From positions 1,440,001 to 1,504,000 of the forward strand of contig CP000067.1 in assembly GCA_000002445.1 (NCBI GenBank): DNA of 64,000 nt, written 5' to 3'. The translations under genes and the position numbers were made by a program. This document shows positions 45,239 through 56,382 of this stretch, piece after piece. How positions within the stretch are numbered: position 1 is the stretch's first letter; each line of letters starts with the position of its first letter. Source of the stretch: Trypanosoma brucei. Lineage: Eukaryota. A model generated the notes under the pieces. That model was given only the letters and a program-made list of their open reading frames with translations. It did no database searches and was not told the DNA's origin.

Positions 45239-46768
45239 ATGCAAGTTCAACGCACTACCAAAGAAGTGTTGCACAAAGCTGTTGCAGCAGCCGTGCCCGT
45301 GTTATTCATGACGCTGATGAGGTGCGGCATGGCGCAAACAGTAACGGAACCGTCTTCGGACAAAGTAACAAACCTCTGTACAGAGGCCAAGTATACAGCC
45401 CATCTGGCAGATCACATCGTAGCGGCGGCAGAAGAGCCGGAGCGCGAAATATCCGACATGCAAATTTATGCAGAGGCATGGAATCTCCTTGCAGCCAGCA
45501 CAAACCAAACAGACAAGCGTGCCGCGACATATGCCCTTGCCACGTACATGTCCACTGCGGCGGCAAAAGCAAAGCAGCTGCAAAACGGGAAATACAAAGC
45601 AGCAGTCTTGGCCGCTACCTACCTGCAAAGGAGATCAGCGCTGACACGAACATTGCAAGCTATGCGTGTAAAGGGACAGTCAGGAGCGGGACAAGTCACT
45701 AACCGACAAGGCGTCATCTCATCATGTTCACACAAGGAAACACCGACGTTAAGCGACGAAGGGGATTGCGGGCGACAAGGCAGTGATGCCAACCATCCAG
45801 AATCAATTGCCGTAAATTTAAGGACAGCGACTCACCTCAAACTGTTAGACAGCAGCAGGCTAAGACCGCTAGCGTTAAATCACTTAGCCGAAGTAGAAGG
45901 AACAGCGCCACCAGCAAAAACGGAAGTACAAGCCGAAGGCTGCAAGGCTGTGATAAGCATTGGCTATTATGCTAAATTCACAGCATCGACAAAAGAAAGT
46001 GACGACAACAGTGAAGTCAAAGCCATTAAGATATTCGCGGGTGACAATGCAAGTACAAATTGCGCTCTTCTGCACAACGCCGAAAGGAAATCAGAAAAGG
46101 ATAACGACCTACTGATCAACAAAATATGCAACTACATAAACAAACCTGATCCTCAGATAATAACCATATCCAATTTGACGCCTGCCATGTTAGCAAACAC
46201 GAGCACAGTCCAAATGGCGTTCAAAAGCTTCGTTCATGCAGCAACCGGTAAAGCACCTAGCGACGGCGAAATCGAAAACCAGCTTAAGAGCCTTTACGGA
46301 GGGGATGAGGTGACATTTACCAATGACTTCATAAAAATTCTGTGGACGAAGAACGTGACGTACCACACTGGCTCAGGATTCGTAACTGAGACATTTCTTG
46401 ATGCAGCTAAAAACGAAAACGCGCACAAGGTGCTCATCTATCTAAAAGGTCAAAGAGCGGCAGCACAGGCAAAACAACCAAGGACAAACGAGAGTGAAAT
46501 CAACGGCCCGGTCTGCGGAGGTGAGGGCCAAGAGGAGTGCAAATTGGATGAAAAGAAAGACCCGGAGAAACCGAACGGAACTCAAATGCGGAAATGGCCT
46601 AAAGCACTCCAGTGGATGATCACACGACAAGGAGGAAATTGCAAAACAATACAGCAAGAAGATTGTAAAGAAGACTGTACATGGGATGAGGGAGCTTGTG
46701 ACGGCGCAGTTGGCATTTCTGCTTCGATGAATATTTCTCTGTTCATGGCATTTTTGCTTCTAGCATAA
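45239..46768 (+). CDS. VSG-like gene, copy C, mosaic relative of copies A and B
   Basis: The 509-aa ORF shares N-terminal and C-terminal blocks with copy A and internal blocks with copy B, for example LTPAMLANTSTVQMAFKSFVHAATGKAPSDGEIE. Its 5' flank is homologous to that of copy A. Confidence 0.8.
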   Translation: MQVQRTTKEVLHKAVAAAVPVLFMTLMRCGMAQTVTEPSSDKVTNLCTEAKYTAHLADHIVAAAEEPEREISDMQIYAEAWNLLAASTNQTDKRAATYALATYMSTAAAKAKQLQNGKYKAAVLAATYLQRRSALTRTLQAMRVKGQSGAGQVTNRQGVISSCSHKETPTLSDEGDCGRQGSDANHPESIAVNLRTATHLKLLDSSRLRPLALNHLAEVEGTAPPAKTEVQAEGCKAVISIGYYAKFTASTKESDDNSEVKAIKIFAGDNASTNCALLHNAERKSEKDNDLLINKICNYINKPDPQIITISNLTPAMLANTSTVQMAFKSFVHAATGKAPSDGEIENQLKSLYGGDEVTFTNDFIKILWTKNVTYHTGSGFVTETFLDAAKNENAHKVLIYLKGQRAAAQAKQPRTNESEINGPVCGGEGQEECKLDEKKDPEKPNGTQMRKWPKALQWMITRQGGNCKTIQQEDCKEDCTWDEGACDGAVGISASMNISLFMAFLLLA

Positions 46769-47519
46769 AAACTTATTGGAAATACTTTATTGTAGCAAAC
46801 ATTAATTTTTTTCTGGAAATATCTTAATGTAGTGGAATATGCATTTTTATGGAAAGATCTTATTATACGAAACCGTATCTTTGTTGAATTATCTTGGATA
46901 AATTTACATTCATCTTGGAAATATTTTATACAATTCTTAAATGTGCGTTTGTATTTCAACGCTTTTTGCAAACATGTGGAAATTTTGAGAGATCTTTTTT
47001 GTTGTTGTACAAATTTGATGTTTGAATGTAAAGTGATATGTTGGTGGAATGTCGAAAATGGTTGCTATTTAGAATATTTTTGCTATTATGGTTTATTCGA
47101 AGAAATTTATGTTTACCTTTGAAGATGTGAAAATGTTTAAATGTTTTCAAATGTTTTTGACTTGTGGGTATAACGTGGTAAAGTGATAGGGGTGTGAAAA
47201 ATGAGTGTGATTATGAAAACTTGCCATTTTGGTTTATTTTTTTGTAATAGATATTAAGAGTAGTTTAAGGTTATGATATTAATAGCAGTATAGTAATAGT
47301 GTGTGTGCCATATAAGTGCACATACTAACATTATGGTAAGAGTGGTGGTGCAGAACGACTGGAGACAAAATAGAAGCAGTTAAGCTGATGCCAAGGGCAC
47401 AGTGGGAGTTAGCAAGTGAGTGGGAGAGGAAGAGGACGAGGAGGATATTATTAAAACAAAAGCAGAAACACAGGTAGATGGAGAGAAAAGGTAATGAAAT
47501 ATGCGCAGTTTTTTTCATT

Positions 47520-49880
47520 GTACATTTATCCTGCTCGTGCTGCGGTAGACTAGCTACTGCCCCTGTGGCTCTGCAAATTAGCAGGGGATGTTTAGCGCAA
47601 CCGCAATTTCATCTTCACTTGATCCAATGATACCTTGAAACTGATTGAGTATTCTGTAGATTTAGCTTCACGGGTACGTTTACGCATGGCTCTTGCAGTG
47701 CCAACCCCTAAAGACTTCGCTGCCGCAGAGTGGTGGTCAGTGGAATCCAACTCCGTTGGCGATCGGTGCCTCTTCACGGCTCAAGTGGGCCCAGATTTTT
47801 TCTCTAAGATTGGGGGGGGGGAGATGGTCTCTCTAGCTTGAAGAGCTCCTTCAGGAAGCTGGCTAGTTGTGTGCTGAAGAACACTTCCCCGTTCTTCAGG
47901 GTTTCTAGACCATGCTTTTCCCTTTAGCACTTGCAAGCTTGGGCATTCAAAGAGGTGCGCCGCAGCCTCGTTACACTCAACCTTCAGCAAGTAATGCTCA
48001 TTCTCCTTCCTCAGTTGGCCCTGCTTCGCCTGTATGTGCATCGTCAGGAACTTCTTTAGTGTGCAATTCATTGGGCAGTATGGGCACTGGAGTGATCTTT
48101 TCAGGAGAGGTGTCACCGCTACCGTGCCGTCCTTTAGTTTTCGTTTCACTGTCGTGGCGTGCGCGTATGCCAAACCAGTGAGCACCACTGCTTGTACACA
48201 CTGCTGTTTCCACCGCACACATTGTCCATTCCCTCTTTGCCTTCTGTGTGGCGGACTACCCGAAGACGCTTAGGCGGTCTTTCCCCATTGTCCCTTCCTG
48301 CTGACTCCAATGACTCACTCACCTCACTCTGTGCCTGAGCCTCTGCTCTCACTACCTTTCGCTTCGGCTTCACGCGTGGCTGAGGACGCAATGACTCGTC
48401 GTGACCCAGGTGCTTGGTCGGTATGCGTTGCGGTAACCATCTGTAATGATACTGCTTTCTACAAATGGAACACGCCACTGTAACTGACTGCTTCGCCACG
48501 TCCGAGTCTTCAGAGTTCGTGTTCGAGGTTGGTTCGTACTTGTGCCTGGTGGGCCATGTCTTGCTTTTGAGGACGCGTTGGCACCTGTAGCATACAAATT
48601 CCCTTTTATCCTGCTCCTCCTGCTCTGCCTCGCCATCACTACCGGACACGTCTTGTGGCTTCATAGCGCCGCGCGTTAACTGCTTTTCCGTGTGCTTCTG
48701 CAGCCACGCGTATACAGTGTACTTAATTGCGCACCAGCGGCACTTGAACGCTTTGCCATCATCGGCCCCATAATCCTCCCTAGCCCTTTTCGGACGCTCC
48801 TCCACGGCTGCCACTATATCTGAAAGTTGCTGTGCCATATGCTTCACGAGCAGCCCACGCCGCTCAAAGACATCGCACACATGTGACATCTGTACCCATT
48901 CTTATGCGTCTGCGCCGCACGCTTAGCTTTGTTGGTCAGAGCTAATGCACAATCCCTCTCCAGACCATGAATCTTCAGTAGGTGCACCACGCCAGCCTGT
49001 TGCCGCGCGCAAACCACGTTGCACAATGAGCAAATGATCGGGTCGATCAGCCTGGTTGCTATCCCAGGATCTGGTGCGTTCGCATTGTCCGCTGCTGACT
49101 CCGCCTCCGGGCGCTCTTCTGCTGTGTCGCTGCGTGGTTCCTGTGTGTCGCACCGTATGCATCCAAGCTGGTCCGTCTTGCGTGTGAGCGCCCTGTGGAG
49201 CCGTCCGAAATGCTTCGAGGTGCCTGTTCCGAACTGCGCCAGCACCGACTCGCCCAGACGCTCCAGCCTTGTGTGCTTCGGTGCGGCCCGAACGTAGTCG
49301 AGTAGCGCACTCCGATGCGTACGCTGCATGCGGCCCTTCTTGAAGGCCTTGTACATCGCATTCCAGACCTGTCACCACACACCCGTCGCTATGTCAGTGA
49401 TCCACGCGGGATACAACTACGGCTTTGCGTTTCCCTGCTCAGCTGCCTTGTCAGCTGCTTCATTTCGTGATGTTGGTAGCCAGCAACGCTAAAGCAAGCC
49501 GCCTCTCCAGGCGTCATTCTTGTCTCGCTCAACAGACAAAAGGCGATCCGCTCATCAACAAGGGTTTTGTGGAGTGCTAATCTCTTTCCTTGAGTTAGCC
49601 CGGCGCAGTTCCACTGCATCCCGCACAACGACGGGCCGGGATTCTCTTCCACATCACCGGACAGCAGCATCTTAGTGCGGATGATACTGCTGATGGCACG
49701 CTGGCACGTGCCCAGGGACCGACAAATGAAAAACGGTGTCCCAGCAAGACGCTGCTGATCCCTGTGCTGTATGATGCCGTAGCCGGAGCACAGCAGTGTT
49801 CCCCATGAGAAGAACGCTGCTGGCTCTTGGCTTCCCCCGATGATACGGGGTACTTGACCCTGGCACCACGTTGAGGTGGC
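47520..49880 (-). mobile_element. Internally deleted ingi-type non-LTR retrotransposon remnant (DIRE/ingi-like): 5' end with 2A peptide and start of the AP-endonuclease domain, fused to a region of multiple C2H2 zinc fingers
   Basis: The minus-strand sequence from ~49873 reads GGTGCCAGGGTCAAGTACCCCGTATCATCGGGGGAAGCCAAGAGCCAGCAGCG…, which is ingi/RIME-like 5' sequence. ORF 49389-49886 encodes …LLSGDVEENPGP (2A), then QWNCAGL…FCLLSETR (the L1-type endonuclease N-terminal motifs), then a stop. ORFs 48844-49356, 48146-48889 and 47781-48218 carry repeated C2H2 fingers (CSLCNVVCARQQAGVVHLLKIH, FKCRWCAIKYTVYAWLQKH, LQCPYCPMNCTLKKFLTMH). No reverse-transcriptase domain is present. The 3' boundary is uncertain. 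Confidence 0.65.
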
Positions 49881-50217
49881 CGGCATCTCTAGGGGTACTA
49901 TTACTAGTTAACATATTTATGACAGTTTAATAAGATGATTCATTTTCATACTCTATTTGCCCATTATTTTGAAAAAATGTGCCACTTTCATAACAAAATG
50001 TTATACGTAAAATTCTAAATAATTTCTGTAGTTTATGCATTTTAATTAAATGCTTTTCAAATATATCATATTTTACCAAATATAGATAACTCTCTGTTAA
50101 TGGCAAATTTTGTGAAATAGAGCAAAATTCCTTAAAATAGAAATCCCACAAAATCAGCAGCGATTATAGCAAAATTTTATTTACAAAGAAAATTGAATTT
50201 TTGCAAGCATTATTTTC

Positions 50218-51567
50218 TCATTTACAATTCTGTCCCTTTGAGCACGCATCGTGATTGGCATGACTGGTGCAATTTACAACTTTGGCTTTACTATTTCTGC
50301 CTTTCTTTTCTCCTTTTTTGTCTGTTGCTTTTTTTTCCTTAGTTAAATCTTCTTCTGTTCTCTTTCTTTGTTGCTGTGCATGATAAAAACTGATTGCTGT
50401 TCCTGCTTCTTTTTTTGTTGCTAATTCCTCAAGGGTTCTGGTTGCCATCTTTTTAGAAGCTCTATACTTTAAAGGTTGCTTGTTCATCTTTGTGATAAAC
50501 TCGTCTGTAAATTTTTCATGGGTTTCACTGTAGGCCTTTGTTATGTATTCGACTAACTCGCTGTTTTACGTGCCATCGCTGAAGTCTTTGATGTTACTGA
50601 ACGCCGTATTGGCGTTACGGATTGCTGCTAATACGCTGGCGTCCGCTGCCAGTGCTCCTGGATTGATGTCGGCTAGTTTGGGCAGCGTCCGTGTCGCTTC
50701 CAGGTCCGCCATGCAGATCGTGTTTGGAAAATTTTTTGTTGCGTCTTTTTTGTCGGCGGTGGCTGTAAGCTTTTGGGCGCACCCCTTTTGGCGGTCGTCG
50801 TCTGTGAAGATGCTGGTCTCGGTTGGCTGGGGCTTGTCTTGCTCAGTCAGTTTAAACGTATTGCCGCCTCCTATGTTGCCGGTGCATGACGCCACCGTAG
50901 CTGCTGGCGAATCGTTTGTTGCACAGTTGTTGCCAGCTGCTGTTACTCTGACGGATGCCGTTTTTAGCAGTTTGTGAAGGTCACTTACTTTTTTCATTCT
51001 CAGTTTTTTCAGAGCCGTCGTCGCAAACGTTTTTGGCTTGGGTTTTACAGTGCTGACTTTTCAGGCTTCTTCGTCGCACGTACTTTATCGTTCGTTGGTT
51101 GCGCCATTCGTTATCGTGTAGCCGGTGTTCGCTGGAGCTGTGAAAGGGTTGCTGTTTGCTGCGTAAGTTGGTGTAGCCATTTTATACGCTGTTTGCAAAG
51201 CCTCCGCTCGCTGTGCGAACGCCTGCGCCGCCTGTCTGAGCTTAGCGGCTTTTTCCTTTCCTTTTTTCTCTGTTTCCGCGGCGACTGCCGTCGCTGATGC
51301 AGAAAGTGCTGCTAGTAAGGCGCTTCTTTCGTGTTTTATTTCTGTTTGTGCCTCTAAGTTCCAAATTAGTGCCTGTTTGTCGATTTGCCGATAAGCACTT
51401 TCCGCCTCAACTGCTCTTGCTTCGTAGGTATGTGCCACTGCTGCGGCGAATACCGCCTCCTGGCATGCTGTCTGAAGTTTGTCTTGGGCTGCGTCCCCCG
51501 TTGTTGAGACACTGAAATCTGCTATTGCCATTATGACAAAGACGAGGCAAATTCCGGTCCGCTGCAT
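50218..51567 (-). pseudogene. VSG pseudogene, fragmented into at least three frames and truncated, with no GPI signal
   Basis: ORF 51085-51567 holds a signal peptide and the A-type N-terminal start (MQRTGICLVFVIMAIADFSVS…ACQEAVFAAAVAHTYEARA). ORF 50566-50997 is a mid-domain. ORF 50218-50487 is a Lys/Glu/Cys-rich C-terminal-domain-like piece ending …CSKGQNCK without a hydrophobic tail. Confidence 0.65.
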
Positions 51568-52479
51568 TTTCGTTTAATTACTTGTGCTTTGCTTTGTTTA
51601 GGGATCTTTGTTGGGAAATGGCTAGGTCGATTTTAAGTTGCTACTTATGTTGGTTTTTTAACTATAGCATTTCTCGGCTGACCACTATGGTCTTTGTGCA
51701 TCGGCTGCGCTTCTCCTTTGCCGCAGACAGCCTCTAAACCGTTATGTCGTGTTCGGATTTTTCGGTTTTCTGTTGTCCGTCGGCCCTGACTACGCCTTAT
51801 TTTTCGTTGCGGCCAGTTACAACCTATCATGCATATAGGTCCATGTTTGAAATATATTATTTTTTATATAACTAAAAGGATAATTTCAAAAATCCTCCAT
51901 TTCAACTCCTTTTTGGAATTTAACCACTTCTTATCCCAAATAAATTTTATTTATTCTATTAATCAGTATTGTCACATGACCTTAGTTTCTAACGTAGGGT
52001 CCCTCCATCAAGAAAAAAAAACCACCGTCTCTATTACCATTTTTACAGTATTATATCTTCATTTTTGAGTACTATAGGGTCATAACGAGCTACTACTTCT
52101 CATAATGACGCATCATTTCCTTTTGTGGTCCGCTGCGTTGTCGCATATTCTGTCATTACATACTGTTATTTTCGTTCCATTTTTTACTTTTATTTCTACT
52201 CCTTTCACTTAAGATAAGGTGGAGGGTCCATTTTCCTTGTACACTGCATTCTGGTTTATACATGATACCCCTTCATCGCCTTCTTGTGTATGATAATGAC
52301 TATTATCATATCTGTGTCTTAAGCTGCGTACATTCGATCTCCTTTTTCCTCTCTATGTTTCTGCTTCCCTTTAATAATAGTATTACTCGTGCCCTCACAC
52401 ACTCTCATACTAACTTACTTACTCTCATTTCGTCCTTGTCATTTCTGTAAGTGCTTGTGTTTTGTTCATCAATTTGGTC

Positions 52480-52620
52480 TTCACCACGACTCTTAGAATA
52501 ATATTAGTATACGCACACTCACAACACATTCTTATTATTATTGTTATTATTACCATCATCATAAAACAATATTAATAAAATAAACAAATAAACTAAATGA
52601 GAATATCAATAATTTTTCAT
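52480..52620 (-). repeat. 70-bp-repeat-type element (VSG upstream recombination repeat), minus orientation
   Basis: The minus strand reads …ATGATGATGGTAATAATAACAATAATAATAAGAATGTGTTGTGAGTGTGCGTATACTAATATTATTCTAAGAG…. This matches the TRR-run plus GTGTTGTGAGTGTG core of T. brucei 70-bp repeats. It lies ~0.9 kb upstream of the VSG pseudogene at 51567. Confidence 0.7.
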
Positions 52621-52812
52621 ACCCTATCACTCTACTGCTTTACACCGGTAAGTCGCTTTCATATAAAATTTGCTAAATTTTTACGTTTTCAAAATATTTG
52701 AATGTTTGAACAGTTTACAAATTTTAATCGAAAAGAGTTATAATATATCAAATCTTATCAAATTCTCTCACAATAGAAAGTTTCATAATTTTCATAAAAT
52801 TGAGCATAATCT

Positions 52813-54327
52813 TTAGAAATTTAATAATGCGAGGGAGAATGCAAGCAAAAGAGGGGCCTTGTTAATGACAAACGAATTGCTCCCTGTGGTGTTTGTTTTC
52901 CCATCTTTCCCTGTTGTTGTGGTTACTTTAACTTTGCACTTTTCTTCCTTGAATACGCACCTATCTTCCTCTTTGCACTCCTTTTGTGCCTTGTCCTTGC
53001 ATATTTCTTCTGATTCTTTGGAAGCAACTGGTGCACCGGCTGGTTGTTTCTTTGATGTTTCAATTTCTTTTTTGTTCCGCTGACCACCGCTATGGCTAGT
53101 CGCTGCGTTGCGTTCGCTAGCTGTTGCTAGTGCAGTTAGTGCTTTGTCTTCGCTTTTGTCATTCAGTTTGACGGTTATCTGTCGTGAATCTAGTGGGGTA
53201 TCGAAAATCTCTTTGAATTTGCCGTCGTCTGCACCATATGCTGATTCGATAAAATCGTTTAAATCCTTTGCTTCGACTGAGTCCCACGGCTTACTTACTG
53301 CTTGGTATGCGGGTAGGCAGTTTCTTAGTATATTTGTTACTAGTTTGTCGCCTTTTAGTGCTTTGCCACTTAAGGGTGGCACCTTGCCCCCGTCTGTTTG
53401 TATAGTTTTGACGGCTAGGCATACTGCATAACGGAGTTTGATGTCTGCCGTTGCTCCCTCCTCGCCAGCTGCAGTCGCATCTTCGCAACCTTGGTCAGGG
53501 TCATGATTTTTGTAGAACGCTGCTGTGCTTGTGCTGTAAGAGTAGTCTGCGCTGTTACGCGCATAGGTTACAGCTTCGCTGCCGGAAACGGTGCAGGTGC
53601 TTAGTACACTCGAGAACGTTCTTGTTTTTGCTACTGCGGATGCTGTGCAGCCGTTGAAGCCGGTAATAGTTATTTTGTCTTTGAATATTTTTGTTGCTAG
53701 ATCTGTGTCTGGCGTAATCTTAATTTCTGTTAACTTTGCCGCGTCGATCGCTGTGTGTGCGCTGCTGAATTTTCCCCAGCTGTCAATTGCTGTGCAGCGT
53801 CCGTTGCCGATTGTCTCCCGAGTTAACTCTAGGTAAATGTTGCTACTGTCTCCTGCTCGGCTGTAGCCGGTGGCATCTACGGCTGCTTTTGTTTTCAGTA
53901 GTTTCTGTGCGTACTTGAGCTTTCCTACATGTTCGTCGATTAGCCCCATTGCTGTCGTTGCTGTATCGTCGGCCTTATCGGCCTGCTGTTGTACCGACTC
54001 CGCTTTTTGCTCAAGTTTGGCTGCTAAAGCGGAGTAAAGGCACCTGTCGTTGGGTTGAGTTGCCATGGTTGCAGCCAGCCTATACTTCCTCTCTAGCTTC
54101 AGTAGGTCCTGTCTCTGTCTTCGTCGCCTGGTGATTCCTGCAGCGATTTCTTTTCGCAGCTCAGACAAATAAAACTCCTCCTTGCAGACGTTTGTTATTT
54201 GTGCCGGGCCGGTGTCAGCATCGGTTATGGCCGCTGTTGATGCTGACTTTGTGGCGTACACTAGCGTTAGTAGTGCTGCAACGGCCAACAGCTGCTCCGA
54301 GCTTCTTGAGCCTTTTCTGCCGGTCAT
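52813..54327 (-). CDS. Variant surface glycoprotein (intact, canonical type)
   Basis: The 504-aa ORF has a signal peptide (LLAVAALLTLVYATKSASTAA) and a Cys-rich C-terminal domain (…EEICKDKAQKECKEEDRCVFKEEKCKVK…). The GPI signal is canonical: TNTTGSNSFVINKAPLLLAFSLALLNF. The 3' UTR contains TGATATATTATAACTC, which matches the VSG 16-mer TGATATATTTTAACAC at 13 of 16 positions. Confidence 0.85.
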   Translation of the reverse strand: MTGRKGSRSSEQLLAVAALLTLVYATKSASTAAITDADTGPAQITNVCKEEFYLSELRKEIAAGITRRRRQRQDLLKLERKYRLAATMATQPNDRCLYSALAAKLEQKAESVQQQADKADDTATTAMGLIDEHVGKLKYAQKLLKTKAAVDATGYSRAGDSSNIYLELTRETIGNGRCTAIDSWGKFSSAHTAIDAAKLTEIKITPDTDLATKIFKDKITITGFNGCTASAVAKTRTFSSVLSTCTVSGSEAVTYARNSADYSYSTSTAAFYKNHDPDQGCEDATAAGEEGATADIKLRYAVCLAVKTIQTDGGKVPPLSGKALKGDKLVTNILRNCLPAYQAVSKPWDSVEAKDLNDFIESAYGADDGKFKEIFDTPLDSRQITVKLNDKSEDKALTALATASERNAATSHSGGQRNKKEIETSKKQPAGAPVASKESEEICKDKAQKECKEEDRCVFKEEKCKVKVTTTTGKDGKTNTTGSNSFVINKAPLLLAFSLALLNF

Positions 54328-56049
54328 CAGTTAACCTTCACCTGGATGGTAAATGAATTAATAAATGAACTATGAATTTAGTGCAAGTGTCGATGTTTTC
54401 GCCGCATTTTCCGTAAAAAAAAACAGATTTCCACTGTGAACCAAAATGTAAGGCAGACATCCAACGCTTTTTGGAGGCACCTGATATGTTCGTGGAGCCG
54501 CTTCTTCAGGTCTTGTTTGCTGGCTGAGTGTGTCGCTTCCTGGATACTGTATCTTGAATATCTGACTCAATCTATTGTCGGGAAAACTGACCTCTACCTG
54601 CCTTGTGCACCTTTGACTTTTGATTGTCATCTTTGATTTCAGGTTCGTGTATTGTCGTAGAAATTTGTATGTTTTTTGTCTAACTTTACTAGCTACTGCA
54701 ATTGCCTTGCTTTCAAAGAAGAAATTTTCGATAGAAAATTTTGTTAATCTTTGATCCCCAGTTGTTTCAAATTTTCTCTGATTCTGTTTAACCTTCCTTT
54801 CCTCGGTCACCTATTTCCTTTACTCAAGAATTCAGTCTTTACGATTTGAGAGCTACGTTGAGGGTGTCTCCATAGTTGAGAATTCTGTTAAAAACACGCA
54901 GTTTAATAGCAATTTTTCTACTTTCCATTGCAATGTGTTTCACTCCGCATCTATATCTATTGCTTCTATTGCTAAGTCTAATTCTTTTCTGCTATAAAAC
55001 CTGATTCTTATATATAAACTTGGTTATTAAAATCTTATGGTTTCTACTGTACTTTATTTTCCTGTAAATTTGGCTTGTTACTTTCCAATTCATTTACGAT
55101 GTGACGTCTGCGCATAGTCCCCGTCCGCGGTCTAGGCTAGGATTCCTTCGAACAACGACTGTTTCGAGGCTGATTGTGCAAGTGGCATTATAGTCAATTT
55201 TACAACTACCTTGGCTTCTTCGGAACCTTTATTCTAGTTATTAAATGGGGTTAATTTTTGAACTTAATATTTAGCGCACAATCATTTTATGCAGTTTAAT
55301 TTTTGACCTGTTCCAGCATGGAAATAGTGTAGTTTTTATACCAACTATATCTACTTCACAACCCTTTCCAGAAGATTCATACATGTGCTAATTTAATCAG
55401 TCTCCGCGTCTTTATTCTACTTTTTTGTTTTTAAACGGTAATCGATTATAATTACTGGTTTCAACATTCTTCTTTACGATAGAATTATATTGTTTTCCAC
55501 AAATTTTATTGTGTACTAGTATATCTGATGAAAACATTTCTTCAAATTTACCTGACACTTACCTATTCTCTTTCTCCTTTTCCATTTATTGATTTTTCTT
55601 CACAACCGTACATTAGGATCTGTCATCAGCTTAACTTTCCATTCAACACAATTTTTGCAGCAACATCTATCCACTTCTGTGTGAAATGAGGACCATCATA
55701 GGTTTATTCTCATGTATTATCTTCTTAGTTCTGGACTCTCATGTCTACTGTCTTTTTATTTAGTTTTTTCTTTCCTTGTCTTCCGTTTTCTTTCACACAC
55801 CTTGGGATAACATCACCGCTCCTTATGGCATGTATAAATTCCACTCTGTCGCTCCTTAATCTCGTTGTGTATGATGATGCTCATCATCATTTTTGTGCAT
55901 GTAACTGTACATATTCTATCTCCTTCATCATATCCCTTTTTGTATTTCGGCGTTTCACCTAATAATATTACACTTTCTTCCTCACTGTATCACCACCTTA
56001 CTGCCATTACACCATGGGACGTTGTTTCAAGTGCATCTTATAGAGTGTC

Positions 56050-56260
56050 ATTTAGCCTACACTACCAGCATTATTATAATATTCGTATATACACACTCAC
56101 AACACACTCCTATTATTATTATTATATTAGTAAATATGCACAATAACAGCACAATGCCATCATTAATATCATTACTGTTATCATTGTAACCCTAAATTGC
56201 TCTTAATATACATAAAATAAACAAAATAAACCTAATGAGAATATCACCCACTTTTAACAC
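56050..56260 (-). repeat. 70-bp-repeat-type element, minus orientation, ~1.8 kb upstream of the VSG at 52813-54327
   Basis: The minus strand contains …AATAATAATAATAGGAGTGTGTTGTGAGTGTGTATATACGAATATTATAATAATGCTGG…, a strong match to the 70-bp consensus core. A downstream A-rich block (ataaaataaacaaaataaac…tgagaatatca) is shared with the element at 52480-52620. Confidence 0.75.
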
Positions 56261-56382
56261 CTTATCACCTTATAACTTAGCAGTCATATACAACATTAAT
56301 ACCAAAAGCTGAAATATATATATATTTTTTACAAATTCTCTAGAAAAAACTCCATAAATTTTACAAAATGAAGCAAAAATAG

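Noticed and set aside
54370-54810. A 146-aa minus-strand ORF immediately upstream of the intact VSG
   Set aside because: It has no signal peptide or recognisable domain. It lies in the AT-rich VSG upstream region where chance ORFs are common.
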